Positions 52,717-63,330 are shown, counted from the first letter of the stretch. The stretch is DNA of 64,000 bases from an uncultured Gammaproteobacteria bacterium (GCA_963797555.1 CAWCPV010000020.1:32001-96000); one strand, 5' to 3'. Program-made: numbers and translations. The notes: generated by a model from the sequence alone, not told the origin.

Positions 52717-55641
52717 ATGACCGCGCAACCTTCACACGCCGCACCACCCCTGCCGGTACGCGTCTTTCTCGCCTCGCCGGGCGACGTGACCGACGAGCGG
52801 GCGCTGGCCCTGATAGCCTTGGGGCGTCTCCCCTACGACGTGTTCCTGCGCGGCCGAATTGCCGTGGAGACCATCGCCTGGGACAAGCCGGGGGCCGACA
52901 CCCCGATGCTGGCCACCCTGACGCCCCAGGAGGCCATTGCCCAGCAGCGGCCCAAGCCCTCCGAGTGCGACATCGTCATCGTGATCTTCTGGTCGCGCAT
53001 GGGGACGCCGCTACCGCCCGAGTATGTCAAGCCCGATGGCAGCGCCTACCTCTCCGGCACCGAGTGGGAGTACCTCGACGCCCTCGAAGCGTCGCGGCAA
53101 GAGGGCCGGCCGAAGGTGCTGGTCTACCGCCGCACCGAGGAGCCGCGCTTCGGGGCCGACGATCCGGGCATTGGGGGGAAGCTTGAGCAATGGCACCTCG
53201 TCAAGACCTTCTTCGCGTCCTTCCGCAACCCCGACGGCTCGATTCGCAGTGGTGTCAACGAGTATGACACCCCCGACGCCTTCGACAAGAAGCTCACCGA
53301 GCACCTGAGAGAGATCGTCCAGATGCTGCTCACCGAGCACCAGGCCGAATTAGAGGTGCCGGCGGCCGCGAAGAGCCCCGAGGCGGTGCAGGCGTCCGAA
53401 GGTCCCGAGCAGCCGCCGCTTTGGAAAGGCTCCCCGTTTCCGGGGCTGCGCGCCTTCGGCGAGGAAGATGCGCCGATCTACTTCGGCCGGGGGAGGGAGA
53501 CCGACGGGCTGATTCGCCGCCTGGCCGAGGGCGAGCGGTTCATCACCGTGGTGGGCGCCTCCGGCTCCGGCAAGTCATCGCTGGTGGCGGCGGGCTTGCT
53601 GCCGCGACTCAAGGACAACGCCATCCCCGGAAGCCGCGACTGGGACCGGGTGCGCTTCACGCCCGGTGAGCTGGCGGAGAACCCCTTCATCGCCTTGGTC
53701 TCCGGCTTCAAGCCGGCGCTGGAACGGCACGCGCGGCAAGTGCGCGAGGAGGCAAAGAAGCTGGAAGCCGATCCCGGCGCGCTCGGCGAGCTGGTCGGGC
53801 TGATGCTCGCGGGCCAGCCCGAGTGGTCGGAGCTGCTGCTCTTCGTCGACCAGTTCGAGGAGCTGTTCACGGTCGCTGATGCGAAGTACCGCGACCGCTT
53901 TAGCGAGCTGCTCGCGTGCGCGGCCAAGCTGCCGCGGCTGCGCATGGTGGCGACCCTGCGCGCCGATTTCTACCACCGCTGCGTCGAGCAGCCCGCGCTG
54001 GCCGAGCTGCTGCGCACCGGCTCCTACCCTCTGGCGGCACCGGGTGTCGGGGCGCTCCACGAGATGATCACCCGGCCCGCGGGGCGTGCGGGCCTCTCGT
54101 TCGAGGCGGAACTGCCGGAGCGTATTCTGGACGACACCGGTGCGGAGCCCGGCGCCCTGCCGTTGATGGCCTTCGCCTTGCAGCAGCTCTACGACAGGCG
54201 CACCCCCGAAGGGCAGCTCACCCACGCCGCCTATGAGACCTTCGGTGGGGTGAAAGGCGCGATCAGCCAGCGTGCCGAGGACACCTTCCGGGCACTGGGC
54301 GCGGACGCCAAGGCGGCGTTCGCTGCCGTGTTCGGGGAGCTTGTGGGTGTGGACGCAACCGAAGCGGGTTGGGTGGCCACCCGACGGCGCACACCGCTGG
54401 CGAAAGTGGCACCGACGCCCGGGGCGCAGAAACTGGTTGCGGGGTTCACCGACGCGCGGCTGCTGCTGCAGGGCAAGGGAGAGGACGATGCCCCTGTGGT
54501 GCAGGTGGCTCACGAGGCGCTGCTGCGCAACTGGCCGCGGCTGATGGACTGGATCGCAAAGACCGGCGAGGATCTGGCGATTCTTGGGCAGCTCCGGCGC
54601 GCTGCGGACGAGTGGCAGCAGCAGGATCGCCGAGGCGATCTGCGCTGGCCGTGGGGGCGCTGGAAGCAGGCCGAGGGCGTGCTCGGTCGGTTGCAGGTGA
54701 CCCTGGACGAACCAGGGCGGTCCTTTCTTGGTGCGAGCCGCAGGCGCACGCGGCGGCAGACCGCGTTGCTCGGCCTCGTTCTCGCCGTCTTTAGCCTGTC
54801 GGGCTGGTTCGGGATCTTCCTATATCGGGAAGGCGTCACTTTCAGGTACGCCCTCAGTGTGCCGACCGAGTGGGTGCGCTACAGGCTAAGGGTGTCTGAC
54901 CTCAGGGAGCCGGCGATGGTGGACATCCGCCCCGGGCAGGTCCCCTTCCCGCGGTCTTTCCAGATGGGTTCCGGCGACGATGAACCGGAAGCCGCAGAGT
55001 TCGAAAAGCCGCGCCACGAGGTGAGCTTCTTCCGGCCCTTCGCCATCGGTAAGTTCGAGGTGACCTGTGAGGAGTACGCGTACTTTGTGGGTAAGGCGGG
55101 GGCTCGCAAACCTATCGACTCTGGTTGGGGGTGCGGGAGGCGGCCGGTGATCGACGTTTCCTGGGAAGAGGCCCGGGACTATGCGCACTGGCTCTCGCTA
55201 GTGACCGGCAAGGTCTATCGGCTGCCTACGGAGGCGGAGTGGGAGTATGCGGCGCGCGCCGGAACACACACGCAGTACTGGTGGGGCAACGATCTTGAGG
55301 AGGGCGGCAAGGTGTGGGCGAACTGCGTCGGGTGCGGCAGCCAATGGGTTGGGATGGAGACCGCGCCGGTGGGCTCCTTTGTGGCTAACCCGTGGGGGTT
55401 GTACGACACGGCGGGCAACGTCTGGGAGTGGGTGCAGGACTGCTGGCACGACAAGTACAAGGGTGCGCCGTGCGACGGTGCCGTGTGGCTGGAGGCCGAT
55501 GGCGGCGACTGCGGTCGGCGCGTGGTCCGCGGCGGCTCCTGGGGCTACGCACCGAGGTACGTGCGCTCGGCGGTGCGTGACAGGAACCCGGCCGGCGACC
55601 GGCACTTCGCCCTCGGTTTCCGCCTCGCCCAGGACCCCTGA
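52717..55641 (+). CDS. DUF4062-like + STAND (nSTAND1-like) NTPase + TM + FGE-sulfatase (CLec-fold) protein; putative DGR target
   Basis: VFLASPGDV..ER, SPFPGLRAF, GASGSGKSS, LFVDQFEELFT, PGALPL, VAHEALL, a TM segment, RLPTEAEWEYAAR, GNVWEW, RGGSW...GFRLA. Confidence 0.9.
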   Translation: MTAQPSHAAPPLPVRVFLASPGDVTDERALALIALGRLPYDVFLRGRIAVETIAWDKPGADTPMLATLTPQEAIAQQRPKPSECDIVIVIFWSRMGTPLPPEYVKPDGSAYLSGTEWEYLDALEASRQEGRPKVLVYRRTEEPRFGADDPGIGGKLEQWHLVKTFFASFRNPDGSIRSGVNEYDTPDAFDKKLTEHLREIVQMLLTEHQAELEVPAAAKSPEAVQASEGPEQPPLWKGSPFPGLRAFGEEDAPIYFGRGRETDGLIRRLAEGERFITVVGASGSGKSSLVAAGLLPRLKDNAIPGSRDWDRVRFTPGELAENPFIALVSGFKPALERHARQVREEAKKLEADPGALGELVGLMLAGQPEWSELLLFVDQFEELFTVADAKYRDRFSELLACAAKLPRLRMVATLRADFYHRCVEQPALAELLRTGSYPLAAPGVGALHEMITRPAGRAGLSFEAELPERILDDTGAEPGALPLMAFALQQLYDRRTPEGQLTHAAYETFGGVKGAISQRAEDTFRALGADAKAAFAAVFGELVGVDATEAGWVATRRRTPLAKVAPTPGAQKLVAGFTDARLLLQGKGEDDAPVVQVAHEALLRNWPRLMDWIAKTGEDLAILGQLRRAADEWQQQDRRGDLRWPWGRWKQAEGVLGRLQVTLDEPGRSFLGASRRRTRRQTALLGLVLAVFSLSGWFGIFLYREGVTFRYALSVPTEWVRYRLRVSDLREPAMVDIRPGQVPFPRSFQMGSGDDEPEAAEFEKPRHEVSFFRPFAIGKFEVTCEEYAYFVGKAGARKPIDSGWGCGRRPVIDVSWEEARDYAHWLSLVTGKVYRLPTEAEWEYAARAGTHTQYWWGNDLEEGGKVWANCVGCGSQWVGMETAPVGSFVANPWGLYDTAGNVWEWVQDCWHDKYKGAPCDGAVWLEADGGDCGRRVVRGGSWGYAPRYVRSAVRDRNPAGDRHFALGFRLAQDP
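55519..55641 (+). other. Putative DGR variable region (VR)
   Basis: Most positions that are Asn (AAC) in typical CLec template repeats are occupied by NNC codons: GGC TAC, TAC, GAC, AAC, GAC-CGG-CAC-TTC-GCC. Confidence 0.65.
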
Positions 55642-55677
55642 TCCTCTATGCTTTATTCTTTTACCCTTTGCGGGGGT

Positions 55678-55697
55678 CCAGGGGGCTTGCCCCCTGG
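55678..55697. promoter_or_regulatory. GC-rich hairpin downstream of the VR (DGR cis-acting stem-loop candidate)
   Basis: CCAGGGGG-CTTG-CCCCCTGG, a perfect 8-bp stem about 37 bp after the stop codon. Confidence 0.65.
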
Positions 55698-55796
55698 TCG
55701 CGCGCTGCGCGCGCCCGGGAACACGACCCCTGGCGTACCGGGTCGGCGCCAAACGGTTCTCTCCGGCGCCTGCCCACGATTGAAATCCTCGAAAAC

Positions 55797-55895
55797 GTGA
55801 GCGACGGCACACGGCAAGCGGTCCACGCGTGCCATGGGCTGATCCGCTGGCTGATTCCGCAGCTCGACAAGTTCCCGCGGGTTCGTCGCAGGTTC
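55797..55895 (+). pseudogene. avd: Truncated DGR accessory protein Avd
   Basis: QAVHACHGLIRWLIPQLDKFPRVRR matches the Avd N-terminal W..P...KFPR pattern, then similarity is lost. Confidence 0.7.
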
Positions 55896-56110
55896 GATGT
55901 TGCGGTGTTCTGGTTGCAAGACCGCGATTCGGCTACCGATTATGAAGCCCTGCACGTGAAACGCAACGCTCCGCGCTGGATCGAGGCCCTGAGGCGCGAC
56001 GGCTTGCTGCCAGCCGCCGCCTGCATGCTTCTTCCCCCATCCTATGGCCTTCGTGGGTCAGGCCCCGTCACGCCGGGGAAGCCGGTTCTTTCACGTTAAA
56101 GCAATCTGCG

Positions 56111-57134
56111 ATGCAGCATGCACTCTCCCGCTTCTCACCATCTGCGTCTCGGGGTGACGGCCGAGCGGAAACCGGCCGGGGGAGGCAGCAGCCTGCGAAG
56201 ATTCCGGTCGGCATCAGCAGTTGCCTGTTGGGGGCGGGGGTGCGCTACGACGGCGGGCACAAGCACGACGCGTACGTCAATGGCACGTTGGGACGGTATT
56301 TCGAATTCTTCCCGGTCTGTCCCGAGGTGGCCATCGGTCTCGGAACCCCGCGGCATCCGATCCGACTGGTCGGCGACCCGGATCACCCGCGGGCGGTCGG
56401 CGTACGCGATCCCGGCCTTGACGTCACGGAAAAGCTGGCCCTCCACGGAGCCGAGATGGGACGGGCGCTCTCGGGCATCAGCGGCTACCTGTTCAAGAGC
56501 GCATCGCCTAGCTGCGGCATGGAGCGCGTGAAGGTCCACAGCGGCAAAGGCCTGGCGACTCCAAGGGGGGTCGGAATATATGCCCGGGCCTTCATGGCGC
56601 AGCAGCCGCTCCTGCCGGTGGAGGAGGAGGGTCGTCTGGGGGACCCGGTGCTGCGCGAGAGCTTCATCGAACGGGTGTTCGTCTACCACCGCTGGCAGGA
56701 GCTGGTCGGTCGGGGCCTCACGCCGGGCGGGTTGGTGGATTTTCACACCGAGCACAAGCTCCTCGTGATGGCCCACAGCCGGGCCGCCTATCAGCGTCTG
56801 GGGCGGCTGGTGGCCAGGGCCGGACTGACGCCGATGGGGGAGCTAGGCCGCGAGTATGTGACCGAACATGGGTGCGCTCAAGCGCAAAGTGAGCCGCGGC
56901 CGCCACGCCGACATCCTCATGCATCTGCTCGGCTATCTGAAGCGAGCGTTGGATGCGGCCGACAAGGACGAGGTGCTGTCCAGCATCGACGACTATCGCA
57001 AGGGTCCAGTGCCGCTTATCGTACCCATCGCCCTGCTCGATCACCATTTCCGCCGCCACCCCGATCCGTATGTTGCGCGTCAGCACTACCTGAATCCCTA
57101 TCCCGATGACCTCATGCTCAGAAACACCGTTTGA
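56111..57134 (+). CDS. DUF523-DUF1722 (YbgA-like) protein; frameshift near 56865
   Basis: GISSCLLG..VRYDGGHK, VCPEV.IGL, SPSCG, EEEGRL; second frame H..GYLK...Q.YLNPYP..LMLRN. Confidence 0.88.
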
Positions 57135-57139
57135 GGCTT

Positions 57140-57490
57140 GCGCTCAGGCCGCGCGTCCCGGCCGCGCTTCCAACCACGCGCCGAACTGCCTCGATGGCCC
57201 GGGCACGGCTGGATGAGAGGTCCACGATGGGCGACGGGTAGCTGTGGCCGAGCATGACGCCGGCGGTTTTCAGCAGCGCGGCAGGCGCTTGCCAAGGCCG
57301 GTGAAGGTATCTCACGGGCCGGTCGGAGATCTCGGAGCCCATCGGCGCACGTACCGGCCCTCGGGGTCGAACCGCTCCCCCTGGAGCACCGGCTTGAAGA
57401 TCCGGAAGTACGGGACAACGTCAGCGCCGCAGGCCGCAGTCCGCTGCCAGCCGAGGGGGTTGCTGGCCAGGTCGGCGTCGACCAAGGGAC
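57140..57490 (-). pseudogene. Deoxyribodipyrimidine photolyase C-terminal remnant
   Basis: DADLASN..GWQ..A..G.D..PYFRIF.P..QGERFDPEG.YVRRW and H.PW...YP.PIVD, in broken frames. Confidence 0.8.
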
Positions 57491-57707
57491 TCCCCGGAGT
57501 TTTCACCGGCCGGTCGAAGCTGCTAACCTTCGCAGGACCAGTGTAAGCGAGGTGATGCCCAGACCGTCGTCGCTGCCGCCGCTCGGCGGCCCCGATGCGC
57601 CCAGCGCACCCACGGCCCGAGTCACCGTCGTCGCACATCGCGGATTGATGATCGGCTGCGCGGTCCGGAACGGGGACGGACGTGGCTGCCCAAATCAGGA
57701 GGTGTAC

Positions 57708-58547
57708 GTGCTATATCCAGAGCTTTTCCGTTCGTTGGAACGGGTGCGGTGGTCACTCGACAAGGACATCCCGTGGGGGCGCTTCGACGCCGAGAGTTTG
57801 AGCGACGAACAGGCCTATACGGTCAAGATGAACGCGATCACGGAGTGGTCCGCCCTGCCCGCTACGGAGATGTTCCTGAGGGATAACCGACACGACTCGG
57901 ACTTCTCCGCCTTCATGTCGGTGTGGTTCTATGAGGAGCAGAAGCACGCACTGGTGCTGATGGAATATCTGCGGCGTTTCCGCCCCGACCTGACGCCGAA
58001 CGAGGAAGAGCTGCACGCGGTGAGGTTCGAATTCGACTCGGCGCCGGCGCTGGAGACGCTGATGCTTCACTTTTGCGGAGAGGTGCGGCTGGCGCACTGG
58101 TACCGGCGGGCGGCCGAATGGCACCGCGAGCCGGTGATCACGGCGATCTACGAAACCATTGCTCAGGACGAGGCGCGCCACGCCGGTTGCTACATGCGCT
58201 ACATGAGGGAGGCTGTCGAGCAGCGCGAAGATGAGGCCCGGGCCGCGTTTGCGCGCATTGGTGTGCTCATGGCCAAGGGCAGAAGCGCCCGTGCCCTGCA
58301 TCCCACGAACCTGCACGTGAACCAGTCCCTCTATCCGCAAGACACTGTGCAGAGCAAGCTTCCTGACCCGCAGTGGCTGGAGCGCTGGCTGGACCAGCAG
58401 ATCGGTTTCGACGCCGGCTGCGAGGCGAAGGTGGTGAGCAGCATTCTGCGCAAGCTCTCTGGGCTGTTCGGCGTCCCCTTGGCATCGGCGAGAGACCTGC
58501 GCCGTTATCGCAAGGAGGTCGAGACCCGGCTGCCGACTGGTCCCTGA
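57708..58547 (+). CDS. Ferritin-like di-iron protein
   Basis: ITE, EEQKH, GE and DEARH di-iron ligands; GTG start with AGGAGG RBS. Confidence 0.85.
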   Translation: MLYPELFRSLERVRWSLDKDIPWGRFDAESLSDEQAYTVKMNAITEWSALPATEMFLRDNRHDSDFSAFMSVWFYEEQKHALVLMEYLRRFRPDLTPNEEELHAVRFEFDSAPALETLMLHFCGEVRLAHWYRRAAEWHREPVITAIYETIAQDEARHAGCYMRYMREAVEQREDEARAAFARIGVLMAKGRSARALHPTNLHVNQSLYPQDTVQSKLPDPQWLERWLDQQIGFDAGCEAKVVSSILRKLSGLFGVPLASARDLRRYRKEVETRLPTGP

Positions 58548-58599
58548 CCAGCGAATGCCGGAGCGAGCGACCTGACGGTATAATCGGGGCTGCGCCCAA

Positions 58600-60852
58600 G
58601 TGCAGCCTGCGCCGCTCGGGTTCGTGTTGCGCCCCCCCTGGAAACCTGTCCCCGCTCGGCCCCCCAGTCGCGTGCGCTTCGGTGCCCGGCTGCGCGGCGC
58701 AGCGCTCGTCACGGTCGGGCTGGCCGCACTGACCGGCTGTGGGCCGCCCCCGTGGAACAGTCCTTATCCGGCGTCCGAGGAGGGCAAGAACATCCTCTAC
58801 AGCTCTTTCGATCAGCGCCCCAAGCACCTGGATCCGGCGCGTTCGTACAGTGCCGACGAGGCCGTCTTCACCGGGCAGATCTACGAGCCGCCCCTTCAGT
58901 ATCACTACCTGCTAAGGCCTTACACCGTGGTGCCCCTCACCGCCGGGGAGGTGCCGCAGCCCATCTACCTGGACGGAGACGGACGGGTGTTGCCTGCAGA
59001 CGCACCCGCAGACAAAGTGGCATACAGCGTCTACGAGGTCCATATCCGGCCGGGAATCTTCTACCAGCCCCACCCGGCATTCGCCCGGGACGAGCGCGGG
59101 GCTTATCGTTACCAGCACCTGGGGCGGGCCGACTTGGAGGGCGTTCGTTCGTTGAACGACTTCCCGGATCGGGGGACGAGGGAGTTGGTGGCCGCGGATT
59201 ACGTCTACGAGATCCAACGGCTGGCGCACCCCGCCCTGCAATCTCCCATCCTCGGCGTTATGGCGGAGCATATCGTGGGCCTGAAGGCGTATGCGGAGCG
59301 CCTCGCCGCGATTTACGAGCACCTCAAGGCGAGCCAAGGGGAGAGCGCGTTCCTCGACTTGGCCCAATATCCCCTGGAAGGCGTCCAGGTGGTGGATCGC
59401 TACACCTACCGCGTCAAGCTCTACGGGCGCTACCCCCAGTTCCTGTACTGGTTGGCCATGCCCTTCTTCGCGCCCGTCCCGCCTGAGGCCGACCGCTTCT
59501 ATGCGCAGCCCGGCATGGCGGAACGCAACTTGACGTTGGACTGGGAGCCCGTGGGGACAGGGCCCTACATGCTCACCGTCAACAATCCCAGCCTGCGCAT
59601 GGTGTTGGAGCGTAACCCCAATTTCCACGGAGAGAGCTACCCCACGCGCGGGGAGCCCGAGGACGTCAAGACCGGCCTGCTGGCGGATGCAGGCAAGCCG
59701 CTGCCGTTCGTGCGCCAGATCGTATTCAGCCTGGAGAAGGAGGACATCCCCCGCTGGAACAAATTCCTCCAGGGCTACTACGACACCTCAGGCATCTCCT
59801 CGGATGCCTTCGACCAAGCGGTGCGCCTCAGCGGCCAAGGGGAAGCCGCTCTATCCGACGCGATGCGCCAGAGAGGCATTCACCTGCTCACCAGCGTCGC
59901 CACGAGCATCCTCTATCTCGGCTTCAACATGCTGGACCCGGTGGTGGGAGGGTTGGACGAGCGGACGCGCAAGCTGCGCCAGGCCATCTCCATTGCCGTC
60001 GACTACGAAGAGTACGTCGCCATCTTCCGCAATGGTCGCGGTATCCCGGCGCAGGGTCCGCTGCCGCCGGGGATTTTCGGCCATGTGGAGGGCAAGCGCG
60101 GCATCGATCCGTACGTCTATGACTGGGTGCAGGGCGAGCCGCGCCGCAAGTCCATCGCGGTGGCGCGGCGTCTGCTGGCGGAGGCAGGCTACCCGGACGG
60201 TCGCGATGCGAAGACCGCCAAACCGCTGCTGCTCTATCTGGATGTCAGCGCCACCGGGCCGGACGCCAAGGCGTTTCTGGACTGGATGCGCAAGCAGTTC
60301 GCCAAGCTGGACATCCAGCTAGTCGTCCGCAACACCGACTACAACCGCTTTCAAGACAAGATCGCCAAAGCCAACGCTCAGATCTTCATGTGGGGATGGA
60401 ACGCCGACTATCCCGACCCGGAGAACTTCCTGTTCCTGCTCTATGGCCCGAACAGCCGGGCGAAGCACGGAGGCGAGAACGCTGCGAACTATACGAGCCC
60501 GGAATACGACGCGCTATTCGAGCGCATGAAGGACATGGACAACACCCCGGAGCGCCTGGCCATCATGGAGCGCATGGTGGGAATCGTCCAGCGCGACGCC
60601 CCTTGGGTGTTCGGCTTCTACCCGAAGGACTTCGTCCTGTACCACGCCTGGTACCAGAACGCCAAGTCCAACCTCATGGCCAACAACACCCTGAAATACA
60701 AACGCATCGACCCGGTCCTGCGCCGTGTCGAGCGGCGCGCCTGGAACCAGCCCGAGCTGTGGCCCTTGGGTGTGGTCGGCGGCCTGCTCGTCCTGATACT
60801 GCTGCCGGCGCTCGTCTCGTACCGGCGACAGGAGATCCACCCGCCCCGATGA
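58600..60852 (+). CDS. Oligopeptide-type ABC transporter substrate-binding lipoprotein
   Basis: Lipobox LTGC, KHLDPA, PVGTGPY, KLRQAIS.A.D, GWNADYPDPENF, C-terminal TM. The start codon is uncertain. Confidence 0.9.
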   Translation: MQPAPLGFVLRPPWKPVPARPPSRVRFGARLRGAALVTVGLAALTGCGPPPWNSPYPASEEGKNILYSSFDQRPKHLDPARSYSADEAVFTGQIYEPPLQYHYLLRPYTVVPLTAGEVPQPIYLDGDGRVLPADAPADKVAYSVYEVHIRPGIFYQPHPAFARDERGAYRYQHLGRADLEGVRSLNDFPDRGTRELVAADYVYEIQRLAHPALQSPILGVMAEHIVGLKAYAERLAAIYEHLKASQGESAFLDLAQYPLEGVQVVDRYTYRVKLYGRYPQFLYWLAMPFFAPVPPEADRFYAQPGMAERNLTLDWEPVGTGPYMLTVNNPSLRMVLERNPNFHGESYPTRGEPEDVKTGLLADAGKPLPFVRQIVFSLEKEDIPRWNKFLQGYYDTSGISSDAFDQAVRLSGQGEAALSDAMRQRGIHLLTSVATSILYLGFNMLDPVVGGLDERTRKLRQAISIAVDYEEYVAIFRNGRGIPAQGPLPPGIFGHVEGKRGIDPYVYDWVQGEPRRKSIAVARRLLAEAGYPDGRDAKTAKPLLLYLDVSATGPDAKAFLDWMRKQFAKLDIQLVVRNTDYNRFQDKIAKANAQIFMWGWNADYPDPENFLFLLYGPNSRAKHGGENAANYTSPEYDALFERMKDMDNTPERLAIMERMVGIVQRDAPWVFGFYPKDFVLYHAWYQNAKSNLMANNTLKYKRIDPVLRRVERRAWNQPELWPLGVVGGLLVLILLPALVSYRRQEIHPPR

Positions 60853-61826
60853 TCGCCTACATCTTCAGGCGACTCCTCTACGCCGTGCCTATCCTGATCG
60901 GCGTGAACCTCCTCACGTTCGTTCTGTTCTTCGTAGTCAACACGCCCGACGACATGGCGCGTATCCACCTGGGAGTCAAGTACGTGACGCCCGAGGCCAT
61001 GGCGCAGTGGAAGCACGCCCATGGCTACGACAAGCCGTTGCTGTGGAACGGACAAGCGCAAGGCGTGGGGCAGGTCACCGACACTATTTTCTTCCAGAAG
61101 TCGTTGCGTCTGTTCGCTTTTGACTTCGGGGCGTCGGACGACGGCCGCGACATCGGTTACGAGATTCGCTCACGCATGTGGCCCAGCCTATCCATCGCGA
61201 TGCCCATCTTTCTGATGGGCATCGCAGCGAATATCACCACCGCACTGATGCTGGTGCTGTTCCGCGCCACCTACGTGGACCTAGGCGGTGTCGTGGGGGC
61301 CGTAGTGATGATGTCCATTTCCAGTCTGTTCTACATCATCACGGGCCAATACCTGATCAGCAAGCTCTGGTCGCTCACGCCGATCTCCGGCTACCAGCCG
61401 GGATTGGCGGCGGCCAAGTTCGTCATTGTGCCGGTAGTGGTGGGGGTTGTGAGCGGAATGGGGTCCGCGACTCGCTGGTACCGCACCATCTTCCTCGAAG
61501 AGATGGGCAAGGACTACGTACGCACGGCACGCGCCAAGGGCTTGTCGCGCCAATATGTGCTGTTTCGCCACGTGCTGCCGAATGCGCTCGTCCCCATTCT
61601 CACCGGGGCCGTCGTCATCTTGCCCCTGCTGTTCATGGGAAGCCTCATCCTGGAGTCGTTCTTCGGCATCCCGGGACTCGGCCGCTACACCATCGACGCC
61701 ATCGACGCTCAGGATTTCGCCATCGTGCGCGCCATGGTGTTCCTCGGGTCCGTGCTCTACATCGGGGGGCTCATCCTGACCGACATCTCGTACACCCTGG
61801 TCGACCCGCGCATCCGGTTCCAGTAG
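60849..61826 (+). CDS. ABC transporter permease (OppB-like)
   Basis: YIFRRLL, DYVRTARAKGL, HVLPNA, ESFFGIPGLG, LVDPRI. Confidence 0.93.
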   Translation: MIAYIFRRLLYAVPILIGVNLLTFVLFFVVNTPDDMARIHLGVKYVTPEAMAQWKHAHGYDKPLLWNGQAQGVGQVTDTIFFQKSLRLFAFDFGASDDGRDIGYEIRSRMWPSLSIAMPIFLMGIAANITTALMLVLFRATYVDLGGVVGAVVMMSISSLFYIITGQYLISKLWSLTPISGYQPGLAAAKFVIVPVVVGVVSGMGSATRWYRTIFLEEMGKDYVRTARAKGLSRQYVLFRHVLPNALVPILTGAVVILPLLFMGSLILESFFGIPGLGRYTIDAIDAQDFAIVRAMVFLGSVLYIGGLILTDISYTLVDPRIRFQ

Positions 61827-61828
61827 TC

Positions 61829-63256
61829 ATGGGCAAGCTCGTGATCCTGTGGACCGATGCACTGGTCTACCTGCTGGTCGTCGTGGTGGTCGGCTTCGCC
61901 TTCGTCGCCCGCCGCCACGAGCATCTGCGGGCGCCCTGGCGCAAGGTGGTTCAAAGCCGACTGGCCATGGCGTCGACCGTGGTGCTCGCGGTATACGTAG
62001 CCATCGGGCTGCTGGATTCGGTGCACATCCGGCCCTCGCTCGATGCTCCGGGTGCGAACGGGCAGGCTCTTCACAGCGGCGATACCCTGAGCCTCCTCGA
62101 TCTGCTGGCGACGCCGTTGCGTACACGAGTCGAGCGGACCTACTCGGCACCCTTCGCGCTTCATTTGTACACCAAGGAGACCGTCGAGATCCCCGGAGGC
62201 AAGCTGGTGCGGGAGTATCCCCGCCTCAAGTACGGGGGCGTTGGGGTGAGAAGTCCCGCAGAGCGGGCGCGGGACATTCTCTGGACTTCGCTTGCGGCGA
62301 CCGCCGAGGGCGGCGTCGTGTGGCTCGTGCTGGCCGCGCTGATCACGTGGCGGCTCGCCGGCTCGCGCCGGGTGCCGGTGACGGTGATGGCCGAACGCCT
62401 GTCGCGGGGGCAGACCGGCGCCTCGCCTGACGAGCGCGGGGTTCCCTGGCGCGTCGTCCTGATCACAGCCGGCGCCATGCTGCTGCTGCTATTCCTGTGC
62501 GCGCACCTGGGGATGAAGTATCACCTGCTGGGCACCGACAAGGTCGGGCAGGATGTGTTCTACCAGAGCGTGAAGAGCATCCGCACCGGGCTCATCATCG
62601 GCACTCTGACGACCCTGGTCATGCTGCCCTTCGCCATCCTGCTCGGAGTCATGGCCGGTTACTTCGGCGGCTGGGTGGATGACGTGATCCAGTACCTGTA
62701 CACCACCTTGAATTCAATCCCCGGAGTGCTCCTCATCGCGGCTGCCATCCTGCTCCTGCAGGTCTACATGGACAGCCACCCCGAGCTGTTCGACACCGTG
62801 GCCGCGCGGGCCGACCTGCGGTTGCTCTTTCTGTGCATGATCCTCGGCGTGACGAGTTGGACGACCCTCTGCCGCCTGCTCCGAGGGGAAGCTTTGAAGC
62901 TGCGCGAGACGGAGTACATCCAGGCCGCCGTGGCCCTGGGGGCCAGGCACTACCGAGTGCTGGCGCGGCATGTGGTCCCGAACGTGATGCACATCGTGCT
63001 TATCACGGTGGTGCTCGACTTCAGCGGGCTGGTGTTGGCGGAGGCCGTGCTCTCCTACGTCGGAGTCGGGGTAGACCCCACCATGAACAGTTGGGGCAAT
63101 ATGATCAACCGAGCGCGTCTGGAGCTAGCCCGCGATCCGATGGTGTGGTGGACTCTGGCCGCGGCGTTCGCGTTCATGCTGGCCTTGGTCCTCTCGGCCA
63201 ACTTGGTCGCCGACGCGGTGCGCGACGCCTTCGATCCACGCGCCAGCCACGGCTGA
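61829..63256 (+). CDS. ABC transporter permease (OppC-like)
   Basis: HLLGTDKVGQDV, AGYFGGWVD, EYIQAA.ALGA, HVVPN, SWGNMI, DAVRDAFDP. Confidence 0.93.
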   Translation: MGKLVILWTDALVYLLVVVVVGFAFVARRHEHLRAPWRKVVQSRLAMASTVVLAVYVAIGLLDSVHIRPSLDAPGANGQALHSGDTLSLLDLLATPLRTRVERTYSAPFALHLYTKETVEIPGGKLVREYPRLKYGGVGVRSPAERARDILWTSLAATAEGGVVWLVLAALITWRLAGSRRVPVTVMAERLSRGQTGASPDERGVPWRVVLITAGAMLLLLFLCAHLGMKYHLLGTDKVGQDVFYQSVKSIRTGLIIGTLTTLVMLPFAILLGVMAGYFGGWVDDVIQYLYTTLNSIPGVLLIAAAILLLQVYMDSHPELFDTVAARADLRLLFLCMILGVTSWTTLCRLLRGEALKLRETEYIQAAVALGARHYRVLARHVVPNVMHIVLITVVLDFSGLVLAEAVLSYVGVGVDPTMNSWGNMINRARLELARDPMVWWTLAAAFAFMLALVLSANLVADAVRDAFDPRASHG

Positions 63257-63330
63257 GAGCTTGTGAGGAAAATCGTCGCGAGGGGCTCGCGGGTTGAGAT
63301 AATAGGCGGGCGAGGAGCGAGCAAGGGAGA
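63257..63330. repeat. Partial MITE-like copy starting immediately after the permease TGA stop
   Basis: TGA-GAGCTTGTGAGGAAAATCGTCGCGAG...GGCGAGGAGCGAGCA. Confidence 0.6.
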
